Position numbers and translations under genes: made by a program. DNA of 64,000 nt from Pecten maximus (Eukaryota), in assembly GCF_902652985.1 (NCBI RefSeq), contig NC_047017.1, positions 27,652,001 through 27,716,000 on the forward strand. The letters are read 5' to 3'. Numbering within the stretch: the stretch's first letter is position 1; each line of letters opens with the position of its first letter. Positions 11,401 to 26,106 of this stretch are shown in pieces. The notes under the pieces were generated by a model. That model saw nothing but the letters and a program-made list of their open reading frames with translations. It was not told the origin of the DNA and did not search any database.

Positions 11401-14400
11401 GTAGGTAGTTACCCACTACACCTAACCGGCGGTAGGTAGTTACTCAATACACCTAACCGGCGGTAGGTAGTTACCCACTACACCGAACCGGGGGTAGGTA
11501 GTTACCCACTACACCGAACCGGCGGTGTTACCCACTACACCTAACCGGCGGTAGGTAGTTACCCACTACACCGAACCGGCGGTGTTACCCACTACACCTC
11601 ACCGGCGGTAGGTAGTTACCCACTACACCTCACCGGCGGTAGGTAGTTACTCACTACACCTAACCGGCGGTAGGTAATTACCCATTACACCTAACCGGCG
11701 GTAGGTAGCTACCCATTACACCTAACCGGCGGTAGGTAGTTACCCACTACACCGAACCGGGGGTAGGTAGTTACCCACTACACCTAGCCGGGGGTAGGTA
11801 GTTACCCACTACACCTAGCCGGGTGTAGATAATTACCCACTACACCGAACCGGCGGTAGGTAGTTACCCACTACACCTCACCGGCGGTAGGTAGTTACTC
11901 ACTACACCTAACCGGCGGTAGGTAATTACCCATTACACCTAACCGGCGGTAGGTAGCTACCCATTACACCTAACCGGCGGTAGGTAGTTACCCACTACAC
12001 CGAACCGGGGGTAGGTAGTTACCCACTACACCTAGCCGGGGGTAGGTAGTTACCCACTACACCTAGCCGGGGGTAGGTAGCTACTCACTACACCTAACCG
12101 GCGGTAGGTAATTACCCACTACACCTCACCGGCGGTGTTACCCACTACACCTCACCGGCGGTAGGTAGTTACCCACTACACCGAACCGGCGGTTGGTAGT
12201 CACCCTCTACACCGAACCGGGGGTAGGTAGTTACCCACTACACCTAACCGGGTGTAAGTAATTACCCACTACACCTAACCGGGGGTAGGTAGTTACCCAC
12301 TACACCTTACCGGCGGTAGGTAGTTACCCACTACACCTAACCGGCGGTAGGTAGTCACCCACTACACCGAACCGGGGGTAGGTAGTTACCCACTACACCT
12401 AACCGGGTGTAGGTAGTTACCCACTACACCTAACCGGGGGTAGGTAGTTACCTACTACACCTAACCGGGGGTAGGTAGTTACCCACTACACCTTACCGGC
12501 GGTAGGTAGTTACCCACTACACCGAACCGGGGGTAGGTAGTTACCCACTACACCTAACCGGCGGTAGGTAGTTACCCACTACACCGAACCGGGGGTAGGT
12601 AGTTACCCACTACACCGAACCGGCGGTGTTACCCACTACACCTAACCGGCGGTAGGTAGTTACCCACTACACCGAACCGGCGGTGTTACCCACTACACCT
12701 CACCGGCGGTAGGTAGTTACCCACTACACCTCACCGGCGGTAGGTAGTTACTCACTACACCTAACCGGCGGTAGGTAATTACCCATTACACCTAACCGGC
12801 GGTAGGTAGCTACCCATTACACCTTACCGGCGGTAGGTAGTTACCCACTACACGGAACCGGGGGTAGGTAGTTACCCACTACACCTAACCGGCGGTAGGT
12901 AGTTACCCACTACACCGAACCGGGGTAGGTAGTTACCCACTACACCGAACCGGGGGTAGGTAGTTACCCACTACACCGAACCGGCGGTGTTACCCACTAC
13001 ACCTAACCGGCGGTAGGTAGTTACCCACTACACCGAACCGGTGGTGTTACCCACTACACCGAACCGGCGGTAGGTAGTTACCCACTACACCTCACCGGCG
13101 GTAGGTAGTTATTCACTACACCTAACCGGGTGTAGGTAGTTACCCACTACACCTAACCGGGGGTAGGTAGTTACCCACTACACCTAACCGGGGGTAGGTA
13201 GTTACCCACTACACCTTACCGGCGGTAGGTAGTTACCCACTACACCGAACCGGGGGTAGGTAGTTACCCACTACACCTAACCGGCGGTAGGTAGTTACCC
13301 ACTACACCGAACCGGGGGTAGGTAGTTACCCACTACACCGAACCGGCGATGTTACCCACTACACCTAACCGGCGGTAGGTAGTTACCCACTACACCGAAC
13401 CGGCGGTGTTACCCACTACACCTCACCGGCGGTAGGTAGTTACCCACTACACCTCACCGGCGGTAGGTAGTTACTCACTACACCTAACCGGCGGTAGGTA
13501 ATTACCCATTACACCTTACCGGCGGTAGGTAGTTACCCACTACACCGAACCGGGGGTAGGTAGTTACCCACTACACCTAACCGGCGGTAGGTAGTTACCC
13601 ACTACACCGAACCGGGGGTAGGTAGTTACCCACTACACCTTACCGGCGGTGTTACCCACTACACCGAACCGGCGGTAGGTAGTCACCCTCTACACCGAAC
13701 CGGGGGTAGGTAGTTACCCACTACACCTAACCGGGTGTAGGTAATTACCCACTACACCTAACCGGGGGTAGGTAGTTACTCACTACACCTTACCGGCGGT
13801 AGGTAGTTACCCACTACACCTAACCGGCGGTAGGTAGTCACCCACTACACCTAACCGGCGGTAGGTAGTCACCCACTACACCGAACCGGGGGTAGGTAGT
13901 TACCCACTACACCTAACCGGGTGTAGGTAGTTACCCACTACACCTAACCGGGGGTAGGTAGTTACCTACTACACCTAACCGGGGGTAGGTAGTTACCCAC
14001 TACACCTTACCGGCGGTAGGTAGTTACCCACTACACCGAACCGGGGGTAGGTAGTTACCCACTACACCTAACCGGCGGTAGGTAGTTACCCACTACACCG
14101 AACCGGGGGTAGGTAGTTACCCACTACACCGAACCGGCGGTGTTACCCACTACACCTAACCGGCGGTAGGTAGTTACCCACTACACCGAACCGGCGGTGT
14201 TACCCACTACACCTCACCGGCGGTAGGTAGTTACCCACTACACCTCACCGGCGGTAGGTAGTTACTCACTACACCTAACCGGCGGTAGGTAATTACCCAT
14301 TACACCTAACCGGCGGTAGGTAGCTACCCATTACACCTTACCGGCGGTAGGTAGTTACCCACTACACGGAACCGGGGGTAGGTAGTTACCCACTACACCT

Positions 14401-17400
14401 AACCGGCGGTAGGTAGTTACCCACTACACCGAACCGGGGGTAGGTAGTTACCCACTACACCGAACCGGGGGTAGGTAGTTACCCACTACACCGAACCGGC
14501 GGTGTTACCCACTACACCTAACCGGCGGTAGGTAGTTACCCACTACACCGAACCGGTGGTGTTACCCACTACACCGAACCGGCGGTAGGTAGTTACCCAC
14601 TACACCTCACCGGCGGTAGGTAGTTATTCACTACACCTAACCGGGTGTAGGTAGTTACCCACTACACCTAACCGGGGGTAGGTAGTTACCCACTACACCT
14701 AACCGGGGGTAGGTAGTTACCCACTACACCTTACCGGCGGTAGGTAGTTACCCACTACACCGAACCGGGGGTAGGTAGTTACCCACTACACCTAACCGGC
14801 GGTAGGTAGTTACCCACTACACCGAACCGGGGGTAGGTAGTTACCCACTACACCGAACCGGCGATGTTACCCACTACACCTAACCGGCGGTAGGTAGTTA
14901 CCCACTACACCGAACCGGCGGTGTTACCCACTACACCTCACCGGCGGTAGGTAGTTACCCACTACACCTCACCGGCGGTAGGTAGTTACTCACTACACCT
15001 AACCGGCGGTAGGTAATTACCCATTACACCTTACCGGCGGTAGGTAGTTACCCACTACACCGAACCGGGGGTAGGTAGTTACCCACTACACCTAACCGGC
15101 GGTAGGTAGTTACCCACTACACCGAACCGGGGGTAGGTAGTTACCCACTACACCTTACCGGCGGTGTTACCCACTACACCGAACCGGCGGTAGGTAGTCA
15201 CCCTCTACACCGAACCGGGGGTAGGTAGTTACCCACTACACCTAACCGGGTGTAGGTAATTACCCACTACACCTAACCGGGGGTAGGTAGTTACTCACTA
15301 CACCTTACCGGCGGTAGGTAGTTACCCACTACACCTAACCGGCGGTAGGTAGTCACCCACTACACCGAACCGGGGGTAGGTAGTTACCCACTACACCTAA
15401 CCGGGTGTAGGTAGTTACCCACTACACCTAACCGGGGGTAGGTAGTTACCCACTACACCTAACCGGGGGTAGGTAGTTACCCACTACACCTTACCGGCGG
15501 TAGGTAGTTACCCACTACACCGAACCGGGGGTAGGTAGTTACCCACTACACCTAACCGGCGGTAGGTAGTTACCCACTACACCGAACCGGGGGTAGGTAG
15601 TTACCCACTACACCGAACCGGCGGTGTTACCCACTACACCTAACCGGCGGTAGGTAGATACCCACTACACCGAACCGGCGGTGTTACCCACTACACCGAA
15701 CCGGCGGTAGGTAGTTACCCACTACACCTCACCGGCGGTAGGTAGTTACTCACTACACCTAACCGGCGGTAGGTAATTACCCATTACACCTAACCGGCGG
15801 TAGATAGCTACCCATTACACCTTACCGGCGGTAGGTAGTTACCCACTACACCGAACCGGGGGTAGGTAGTTACCCACTACACCTAACTGGCGGTAGGTAG
15901 TTACCCACTACACCTAACCGGCGGTAGGTAGTTACCCAATACACCTAACCGGCGGTAGGTAGTTACCCACTACACCGAACCGGGGGTAGGTAGTTACCCG
16001 CTACACCGAACCGGCGGTGTTACCCACTACACCTAACCGGCGGTAGGTAGTTACCCACTACACCGAACCGGCGGTGTTACCCACTACACCGAACCGGCGG
16101 TAGGTAGTTACCCACTACACCTAACCGGGGGTAGGTAGTTACCCACTACACCTAACCGGGGGTAGGTAGTTACCCACTACACCTAACCGGCGGTAGGTAG
16201 TTACCCAATACACCTAACCGGCGGTAGGTAGTTACCCACTACACCGAACCGGGGGTAGGTAGTTACCCACTACACCTAACCGGCGGTAGGTAGTTACCCA
16301 CTACACCGAACCGGCGGTGTTACCCACTACACCGAACCGGCGGTAGGTAGTTACCCACTACACCGAACCGGCGGTGTTACCCACTACACCGAACCGGCGG
16401 TAGGTAGTTACCCACTACACCTAACCGGGGGTAGGTAGTTACCCACTACACCTAACCGGGGGTAGGTAGTTACCCACTACACCTTACCGGCGGTAGGTAG
16501 TTACCCACTACACCGAACCGGGGGTAGGTAGTTACCCACTACACCTAACCGGCGGTAGGTAGTTACCCACTACACCGAACCGGGGGTAGGTAGTTACCCA
16601 CTACACCGAACCGGCGGTGTTACCCACTACACCTAACCGGCGGTAGGTAGTTACCCACTACACCGAACCGGCGGTGTTACCCACTACACCGAACCGGCGG
16701 TAGGTAGTTACCCACTACACCTCACCGGCGGTAGGTAGTTACTCACTACACCTAACCGGCGGTAGGTAATTACCCATTACACCTAACTGGCGGTAGATAG
16801 CTACCCATTACACCTTACCGGCGGTAGGTAGTTACCCACTACACCGAACCGGGGGTAGGTAGTTACCCACTACACCTAACCGGCGGTAGGTAGTTACCCA
16901 ATACACCTAACCGGCGGTAGGTAGTTACCCACTACACCGAACCGGGGGTAGGTAGTTACCCGCTACACCGAACCGGCGGTGTTACCCACTACACCTAACC
17001 GGCGGTAGGTAGTTACCCACTACACCGAACCGGCGGTGTTACCCACTACACCGAACCGGCGGTAGGTAGTTACCCACTACACCTCACCGGCGGTAGGTAG
17101 TTACTCACTACACCTAACCGGCGGTAGGTAATTACCCATTACACCTAACCGGCGGTAGGTAGCTACCCATTACACCTAACCGGCGGTAGGTAGTTACCCA
17201 CTACACCGAACCGGGGGTAGGTAGTTACCCACTACACCTAGCCGGGGGTAGGTAGTTACCCACTACACCTAGCCGGGTGTAGGTAATTACCCACTACACC
17301 TCACCGGCGGTAGGTAGTTACCCACTACACCTCACCGGCGGTAGGTAGTTACCCACTACACCTCACCGGCGGTGTTACCCACTACACCGAACCGGCGGTA

Positions 17401-18200
17401 GGTAGTTACCCACTACACCTCACCGGCGGTAGGTAGTTACTCACTACACCTAACCGGCGGTAGGTAATTACCCATTACACCTAACCGGCGGTAGGTAGCT
17501 ACCCATTACACCTAACCGGCGGTAGGTAGTTACCCACTACACCGAACCGGGGGTAGGTAGTTACCCACTACACCTAGCCGGGGGTAGGTAGTTACCCACT
17601 ACACCTCACCGGCGGTAGGTAGTTACCCACTACACCTCACCGGCGGTAGGTAGTTACTCACTACACCTAACCGGCGGTAGGTAATTACCCATTACACCTA
17701 ACCGGCGGTGTTACCCACTACACCTCACCGGCGGTAGGTAGTTACTCACTACACCTAACCGGCGGTAGGTAATTACCCATTACACCTAACCGGCGGTAGG
17801 TAGCTACCCATTACACCTAACCGGCGGTAGGTAGTTACCCACTACACCTAACCGGGGGTAGGTAGTTACCCACTACACCGAACCGGCGGTGTTACCCACT
17901 ACACCGAACCGGCGGTAGGTAGTTACTCACTACACCGAACCGGGGGTAGGTAGTTACCCACTACACCTAGCCGGGGGTAGGTAGTTACCCACTACACCTA
18001 GCCGGGTGTAGGTAGTTACCCACTACACCGAACCGGGGGTAGGTAGTTACCCACTACACCTAGCCGGGGGTAGGTAGCTACTCACTACACCTAACCGGGG
18101 GTAGGTAGCTACCCATTACACCTTACCGGCGGTAGGTAGTTACTCACTACACCGAACCGGGGGTAGGTAGTTACCCACTACACCTAACCGGAGGTAGGTA
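8419..18200. repeat. 9.8-kb 31-bp minisatellite with higher-order structure
   Basis: Unit accggcggtaggtagttacccactacaccta, with a 26-bp deletion variant (accggcggtgttaccc...); more than 300 copies. Confidence 0.99.
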
Positions 18201-20530
18201 CCGCGTACCCACCGCCAACATGGTCGAAGCTGATCCAGGTAAAAAAAAATCAATGTCTCTTTTCTCATACTTAACGACTTTGGTACTTATTTTGCTATAA
18301 ACTTCTATGGATAAGTGAAACCGGCTACCCCAAAAACATCTTCGCTAGCCATTAGAAGCCTTGCTCAAAAATGACGATGCCGTAGGTAACTGAAAAATAA
18401 ACTGTGAAACTGGATGCTTTTCGCTAATCACGGTGCGGCTCGTAACTGATCATGACTGGGTAGATGTGTACATATTATAGAAGCTAAAAGCATACGAGAC
18501 CTTTATTTATGTGTTAGGACTGTGGTGTGGCTACAGATTATGCTGGATCAATTGTCAAACATGGGAAATCTTTGTTCCCAGTGAAAATATCCAATATTTT
18601 CTATTTTTCCTAGATTGCCCAAGTTGTGAAATTGTGTTATTTCAAATTTGTACATTAAAGTGCAGTGTAAGTGATAAGTTGAAAAGGCTTTTCCACGGAT
18701 ACGCGCCTTCTCAGCGTACCGGAGTAGGTCGAAAATACGCTATATTTGGAAGTAAACAGACAATCACGTGACAGAATGATATCCCTTATGCAAAATGCAT
18801 GTTCCCAATCCAACCGATGAAATTACACGTGCACTGTTTTATTTCGATTTAAACATATGTATCATTGAACTTTTAACAAAGGATTAGGCACAAACATAAC
18901 TTGTTTACGCCTTCTCACAAAACACATTTACATACAGAGGACTGGTATTACTGTAATACAGTGAAAACATGCATTTTTCTACAATAATACAATATTTAGT
19001 ACAATGTACTACCAAAATCTGTTGCTGGATGTAATAATAGCTTTTTACATATCTACAGACATTTGAATTTAGGTTCACGTTAGGAGCAAGGTTTCCAAAT
19101 TGAATTCAACATTTAATGAGTAAAAATTTTGGATGGGAATATCCCTTTTTATCACGGTTTACTATGTATACAAAAACATGAATCATTCATGATGTACTTG
19201 TCACTGCCAAAGAGCATTATAAACAGCGGCAGAATCTAGTATAATAGCATTTCCTTCTGTAGTTTTCTGAAGAACTGTCCAAAAATAGGGGTAGCAATAA
19301 AGTTAGATATTGTGTTTTCTTTAATACATAATGTTCTACATATATGCAGGATTGTAATATCGGACGTGTGCACGTGCAAATGCAGGACATGGTTTCGGGA
19401 GATCTCGATTTTCCATTTTTGATGTACAAACATGTACATGTTTACACAGGAGCATGACACGTTCCTATTATCCAGAATGACAATGATAAGTTATCTAGGG
19501 GTCGGACCATGAGGTGTGTCTTTTCTCATTCTTGGCCATATATATACACAGGTTATGACTCCGGATTTCAGCGATACCTGTATACGTACAAACAGTATAT
19601 GTAGATCATTCGGTTTAAAAAGTAACTTGGTAAATAGTTCTTTATTTTTTAACATACACGTACTCTTTTTATCATTTGCTTAAAATGCACATGTTTTACG
19701 AATGTAAAACAAAAAACTTCACTGTGAATAGAAATGAAAACCTGGGGTTTGGTCTCCAAAATTGCACAAAGCAAGTGCTTGTGATTTCAGTGTCAGTAAA
19801 ACGTTGCACTGTACTGCTTTACTTCCTTCTTGCGATTAGTAAGAATCGGAAAAAAGAATTATGGGTATAATTTTCTCACGTGATGGTCTGAGTACGCTGA
19901 AAGCTCTCTTCGGCTCCGAACGATCACGTGACATTCCGTTATGATACGAGTGAGAACCAATAAAATATCATAAGCCTTTCATCATGAATATTGTGCTGTC
20001 GTGGAAGAAAAAAATGCTGAAAAGGCGTACTAAAATCAGTTTGAGAATGAAAAAACAAATGTAACTGAAACAATGTCCAATAATCTTGCTCCGAAGGAAC
20101 CCCTATAGACAGACGATATGTTAGTCAATTTGAACAGGTTATTTAGATGCGTCGACTGGCTAAATCGATCAGAACGTTTTTTTATGTCCATCGACGAAAA
20201 CAGCCTTAACACAAATATATACCATCAATGATTCCAACGCAGCCAATTTTGTATACAGTTACCTCTTTTCAATTCAGTTACTTACCTATAATTTCAGTTA
20301 CCTACTTTCGCTTTCAAAACATGTTTTCAGTGACCTAGACGACATGCCCAAATTTACACCACTCGTCATTTCACCTGTTATAGACCGCCACCCTTACAGC
20401 TTTACGCCACATTTCCAAACTGCCTTAAACTATGCATGAACACGTGTTCTTAAATATGAAAACAGACATGTTTTTGCTTTCCTGGATCGGCGTCGGCCAT
20501 GTCGTGGGTTCTACAGCTACCTATACTGTA
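18195..20530. mobile_element. Diverged inverted-arm structure (probable old DNA transposon or foldback element)
   Basis: acatggtcgaagctgatccaggtaaa (18219) matches the reverse complement of 20476-20501; gtaggtaactgaaa (18382) matches the reverse complement of 20292-20305. Confidence 0.5.
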
Positions 20531-22389
20531 CTGCACGGTGGACAAATCAATTAATGGTAAAACTCTCTTCAGTTCTTACAGTAATTTGTCAGCCTCTACC
20601 AGCCGTGACGATTGCCGACAGAATCCTTGTTATACGTTTCCAAACTCTCGTACTTACGTTTATGGTATCCAATGTTTCAGAGAGATAACAGTCGCTTTTA
20701 GGAACTTTACCATCCGTCACCAGGAAGTCAAAAACCCTGATAACATTCAATGAACCTTACCTGTTTACGTCAGTTTTTTAGACTTCCGCGCAGATCGGCT
20801 TCCTGAATATATTACATGTACCTATTATTTGCTCTGTGTATTGTATAACACTTGGGTATACTTAGTATATGAATGTGAAGCGCCTTGGAGTAATTTTGCA
20901 CTAGATAGTGACCTATATAAGTACTAGTATTTATCATTATACAGTCCCATGTACAAGTATACGAAAAGCCAAAGTGAAAGTTGCTCCAATTTGATAATGT
21001 TATCTTTTTGTAAAAACAAAAAAGAACGTAGATTATAAAATTTTGTCCCGTGAAACCTGTGTGAAATAAACATATTACAAGGAAAGCAAAGCAGCACTCA
21101 ACAGGAGATATCACGAAACGTTTATCAAATCATTTAGATTGTTGGCTTGTTTACTGATGTAAAGATATTACAAATTACTACAACGGGGGTAGAATGCCGA
21201 TCGGGTTTCAGAGCACAATATGATTCTGTTAAGGGATATTTATCGGGACCCTTGATCTTATAGACCGTAATAGGTTACTCACAATTATTAACGTATATAA
21301 ATTGCTCTAATGCCACCTATAATAAATGGTTGTTTAAACTACAAATAATAATCAACCCCTCACAGTCGGTGTCCTCAGGATTCGACCCCCCGACCTTTAA
21401 CGTCCATCTTGTGTACGATCTAACTTTGGTTTCAAAAAACTCAACGACAAATATGTATACTGATGACATATGAGGCACCATTTAACTATTTATAATTGTT
21501 TATATCAAGTATTCATTTTTATATGTAGATAAAATCATGATTATGATCAAATAAAATGAATAAACAGTAAAACGGCAACTGATTACTGCTTATTTTCATT
21601 TTCACTAAACCAGCATCTTTTTCGTAAAAATCTTGTGGATTCACCTCGATGTACATGTGGTTTTATGATAGAAGACAATTTACATTATTCATTCAATTGT
21701 ATTAATCACAATCGTATCAGACAACAATATTTATCAAATGTAATATTCATTTCTGTGCAGAACTTTATTTGCAACAGTAATTTTTTTTAATAATGTCAGC
21801 ATCTTTAGTTTTCAAACACCACTGAGGTTACATCAAAGTTTCCAGAATTGAAAGTATCAAATATGTAATCAACTGAAGTATTTTGTTGAGAAGTTAATTT
21901 GTCCATCTCATTATTGTGTGTAAATGTCCATGATTTAACGCCGTAATCGGTTTTTAGGAAAGGAATTAGTATAAGCTTTTAGCTTGTTTTCCAATCCTAT
22001 ATGTATACATGTATATTTGATTTGTATTGTGAATATACTTGAATGTTAATAAAAAAATATTGTTTAAACTAATAGAAAATGGATGTTTGAAATAAAAAAA
22101 AATTGTCTGGTATTAATAAAAATCGTAAGCATTTTCCGATATAAAAAATAATTCAATCAAAAATTATTTTCAGATGTAAAAAAGTGAATACGTAAATAGT
22201 AAACCAGTCCCTCGTAATAACACAGCTGTTCACACAAAATGCGAACCAACAATAATCAATAGAAAGCATAAATTCCGTCTTAGTCAGGATGCTAGATTAA
22301 TTCAGAATATTGTGTGATGAAAACAAAATTTGTGATAACACAGAAATAAACTCTGTTTCTGTTAAACCTGTAAATATAGACAAACGGCT

Positions 22390-22552
22390 ATCTGTCTTCA
22401 GATAAGACACACTGAACAGATATCGACACACTGAACAACTATCTGTCTTCAGATAAGACAGACTGAATAACTTTGTCTTAAGATTAGACAGACTGAATAA
22501 CTATGACTTAAGATTAGACAGACTGAATATATATCTGTCTTCAGATTAGACA
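22390..22552. repeat. Short ~29-30-bp tandem repeat with internal hairpin
   Basis: tgtcttcagataagacagactgaataacta-like units, ~5 copies. Confidence 0.8.
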
Positions 22553-23790
22553 AACTTTTTCTACAAATTATGTTAAATGAATGTGGATTTATATATAATT
22601 CGAATTCCCAGTAGACACTCTCATTTCACGGTTATTATACAATTTTTCTGAAACCTAGTTTCAGATGTGTACTTGCGTTTATTCTATGTGTGTACCTGTC
22701 TTAATGAGTTACAACCCCCCCCCCCCCCACCCACACACACACACACTTTTTTTCTTCTTTTTTCTTTTACATATAAAGTTTGTCCAGAGTAATAGTTCTC
22801 TCAATTATATCTAATTGCTTACGCCTAAACGATTACATGTATATCTAGAGACATATATATTGGGTTTGTTCTCTCGATACTTTTCAGTATAGGCTAAAAT
22901 GTCGCCGTCAAGCTTATAGAATTATGTAATGCATAGAATCCAAAAATAGTTAAGTTGTCATTTTATCATTTTCATGTAGGAACTCGACACGTTAGTCAGT
23001 GCAAACACAACAGATAAGCGCTGTGAATAGATAGGTCGCTACCTTCGGGTAAACATGACAAGGACAACAAAAAACACCTGATTTGACGTGGTATCTTTAT
23101 TTATGTACAAGTACACACAAGTTTGTTTACTCCGATACATTACCAAAACAATATGTCTCTGTAACGAAGTTCACACAAAGTTACCCAATATATTACTACA
23201 ACAAAAAATACTTTAACGAAAATATAGACGTCCCTGCGAAAACTGAGGTAAAATTGTTGCTGTTGGATGAATATTCTCTCCGAAATGCTATAAGTAGTCA
23301 GTCATTACCAATTCAAGGACACCATCTTCCCATGTACCTTGTATCAATGTATTTTGATCACAATCATTGTCATTACTATATCCATATATTTCACCAGTTT
23401 AATGAACAGAAGAATGTTTTTGAAAACCCTTTATCCACATGCACAAATAGAAGAAATTAACTTATTTAGGCTGTCAACACTTCACGCATGTGGACTAAAT
23501 GTGATGAGGCGAATATGAAAACAACAGTGTGATCGTCCAGTAGAAAACATGAGAATCCTTGGATTAGAAACAAGGCATCATATACTTAACAAAAAAAATC
23601 CATGAAATTCACAATAATGGAGATTGTCTAGATCTGTATTTTACTGTCCAAAATACAGCGCCTAACACAAGTATATTTACATCGGCCCAATAATTACCAG
23701 TATATATACACAACACTGTACAAATTAGTGTCTGATTTAGTCACCGAGTATCATAGCACATTCTGTGATATTAATTTGTGTAGTGTAGTA

Positions 23791-24175
23791 TCACAACCCC
23801 GTCAGCTGGGGTCGGGACGAAAAGGGCGTAGAGCAGGCTGGATAGAATGGCATGGGGTTGTAATGGTCGGCGAATACGCAACTAGGTGGCGCTTGGTTGG
23901 TACTCATCTGGTATGTAGTGGTGGAGGGGATCATCTGATGACCTTCACTCATCAGTTGGGAAAACATCATTGCGCGCGGTGACAGTGGCGATGATGCGGG
24001 TGGTGACTGGGGCGGCGAGTGTCCTCCTGGGGTGGGGTACTGGGAGTATGCATAGAACGCTGTTTCCGGTATAGCGGAACAGTGACTTCCGTTTGGCGAT
24101 GGCGGCTGAACATGGGCATGATGGACATCCACTTGTTGGTCAAATATGGCGTGTGGCGACGGTAGATAACTGAGA
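23791..24175 (-). CDS. Divergent PRD-class homeobox protein, last coding exon (Pro/Ser/Tyr-rich tail)
   Basis: TTTTTTTCAG acceptor; phase 2 joins in frame with ORF 23791..24132, ending ...PFSSRPQLTGL*; candidate AATAAA at ~23097-23102. Confidence 0.88.
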
Positions 24176-24339
24176 CTGAAAAAAAGACCAAATATAAATT
24201 TATAATCAGATTCTCGTTTTTGCGAATGGAAATGTAAATAAAAGCTTTCTGCGCAATAATTCCTTTGTCCTTAATTTCAAAAAAAGCAACACAGTAAGTT
24301 AACTGAAGGCCGGAAATAGCTGAGGTTGGCATGTAGGCT

Positions 24340-24745
24340 TTCTAAACCGAACTGACGAAAGTTGATATATAGACTGGAAATGACTCAAGTTGACATATAA
24401 TCCGGAACTCTTTTAAGTTGTTTATAGACCGGATATGACTCAAAATGACATAATATTCCGGTACTGATTAAAGTTGATATTTAAACCGGAAATGACTTCA
24501 GTTGATGTATATGCCGGAACTGATTTAAATAGACCGGGAGTGACTCATATTTACATACAAATCGCGACCGACAGGATAAGAGCTGACTAAGGAATGGTAA
24601 ATTTTACATATAATCGGGACCCACAGGATAAGAACTGACTCGATCTGGTATGGTGAAGTTTACTTGTAGACCGCGACCGACTGGATAGGAGCTGACTTAG
24701 GTATGGTAAATTTTACATAACAGACCGGGAAAGATAAAGCTGACC
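24340..24745. repeat. Degenerate ~29-40-bp tandem repeat
   Basis: Recurrent accggaactgac...aagttgatatatag units in homeobox intron 3. Confidence 0.65.
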
Positions 24746-24939
24746 TTCTGCTAAGTTTTGTTTGAAATGGAAATTATGAGGGAACTATAATATATATGAC
24801 CCTGAACTTTCAATAAACGAATATGCCTTTGAAGTAAAATTTGTCGACAGCAGAGAACTGAAAGTGACGTTTTAAATCAGTATTACAAGTAGTTTATGGT
24901 CATCTCTTCCCATCAAACATGAGTTTTAAAGTGATCATA

Positions 24940-25470
24940 TAAAATGATCAAAGGAGATTACTCTCTCGCCTAAACATAAAAATGATCAAAGGGAGATTAC
25001 TCTCTCCCATTAAAATAAAATGATCAAAGGGAGATAACTCTCTCGCCTAAACATAAAAATGATCAAAGAGAGATTGCTATCTCCCCTAAACATAAAAATG
25101 ATCAAAGGGAGATTACTCTCTCCAATAGAAATAAAATGATCAAAGGGATATAACTCTCTCGACTAACCATAAAAATGATCAAAGGGAGATTAATCTCTCG
25201 CCTAAACATTAAAATGATCAAAGGGAGATTACTCTCTCCAATTAAAATAAAATGATCAAAGGGAGATAACTCTCTCAAATTAACATAGAGCATTATCAAA
25301 GGGAGATTATTCTCTCCGCAAAACATAAAAATGATCGAAGATTATTATCTACGTCTAAATGAAAATGATCGAAGGGAGATTATTCTCTGCTCCAAATATA
25401 AAAATGATCGAAGAAAAATCAAATACTCTTACACCAAACATAAAAATGGTCAACGGGTGGTTACTCTCTG
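24940..25470. repeat. 38-39-bp minisatellite
   Basis: aaaatgatcaaagggagattactctctcgcctaaacat units. Confidence 0.9.
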
Positions 25471-25568
25471 AACTACAATATCTGAAAGACACAATCGGCA
25501 AGAACAGGAGACAGTATAACGTGCCCCTCTTATAATTTGACATTCGATGAACTAGTCTAAGTACTTAC

Positions 25569-25783
25569 TTGGAGGACGGTTGTCGGTGCCACGAGATATC
25601 TCGCCTCCGACTGGGTGAGTATGAAGGCGCCGACAGCACGTGGCGCTGGGAAACAAACTTGGGCTGGACGATACTACAGGAAGTGGAAGCTGTATCCTGG
25701 TTAAAGATCTGCTTCCTCATCCATGTCACGTGACTGTCCTTGGACTGACGCTTGAACTTGGAACGCCTGTTCTGGAACCATAT
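25569..25783 (-). CDS. Divergent PRD-class homeobox protein, coding exon 3 (recognition helix)
   Basis: 215 nt, begins IWFQNRRSKFKRQS (Q50); preceded by an intron at homeobox codon 46/47, typical of the PRD class; ends phase 2 at GTAAGT. Confidence 0.93.
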
Positions 25784-26106
25784 CTACAAATATGCCAAAT
25801 AAAAAATATTTATGCATGCTCCACATAAAACTAAAACCAATGATTGAATTGAAAAGGCCATCTTATACAAGATGACAATTTATTAAAGAAACATGAAAAA
25901 TATTATCATCAGAAATATTTTGAAAAGCTCATCATAAGATGGCTAATTCCGCATCAGTATTAGAACAAAATACAAATTGTATGACAATTTACATCCTTAG
26001 GTGTGTATTCGACAGAATTACGCCAAAAAGTATAGATAGAATGACACCGAAATAGAACAAAATACGAATTGAATGATAATTTACATCATGAGTAGATATT
26101 AGCATG

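Noticed and set aside
8419-18200. CRISPR or telomeric array
   Set aside because: Head-to-tail 31-mers without spacers; not TTAGGG-type, and internal to unique sequence.
20761-20802. Exon-like segment (ttcag...cag|gtaagg) on the minus strand
   Set aside because: Stops in all three frames and no partner exons found.
23967-24332. 121-aa alternative-frame ORF over the last homeobox exon
   Set aside because: The phase-2 splice selects the 23791 frame; the 5' half of this ORF is intronic.
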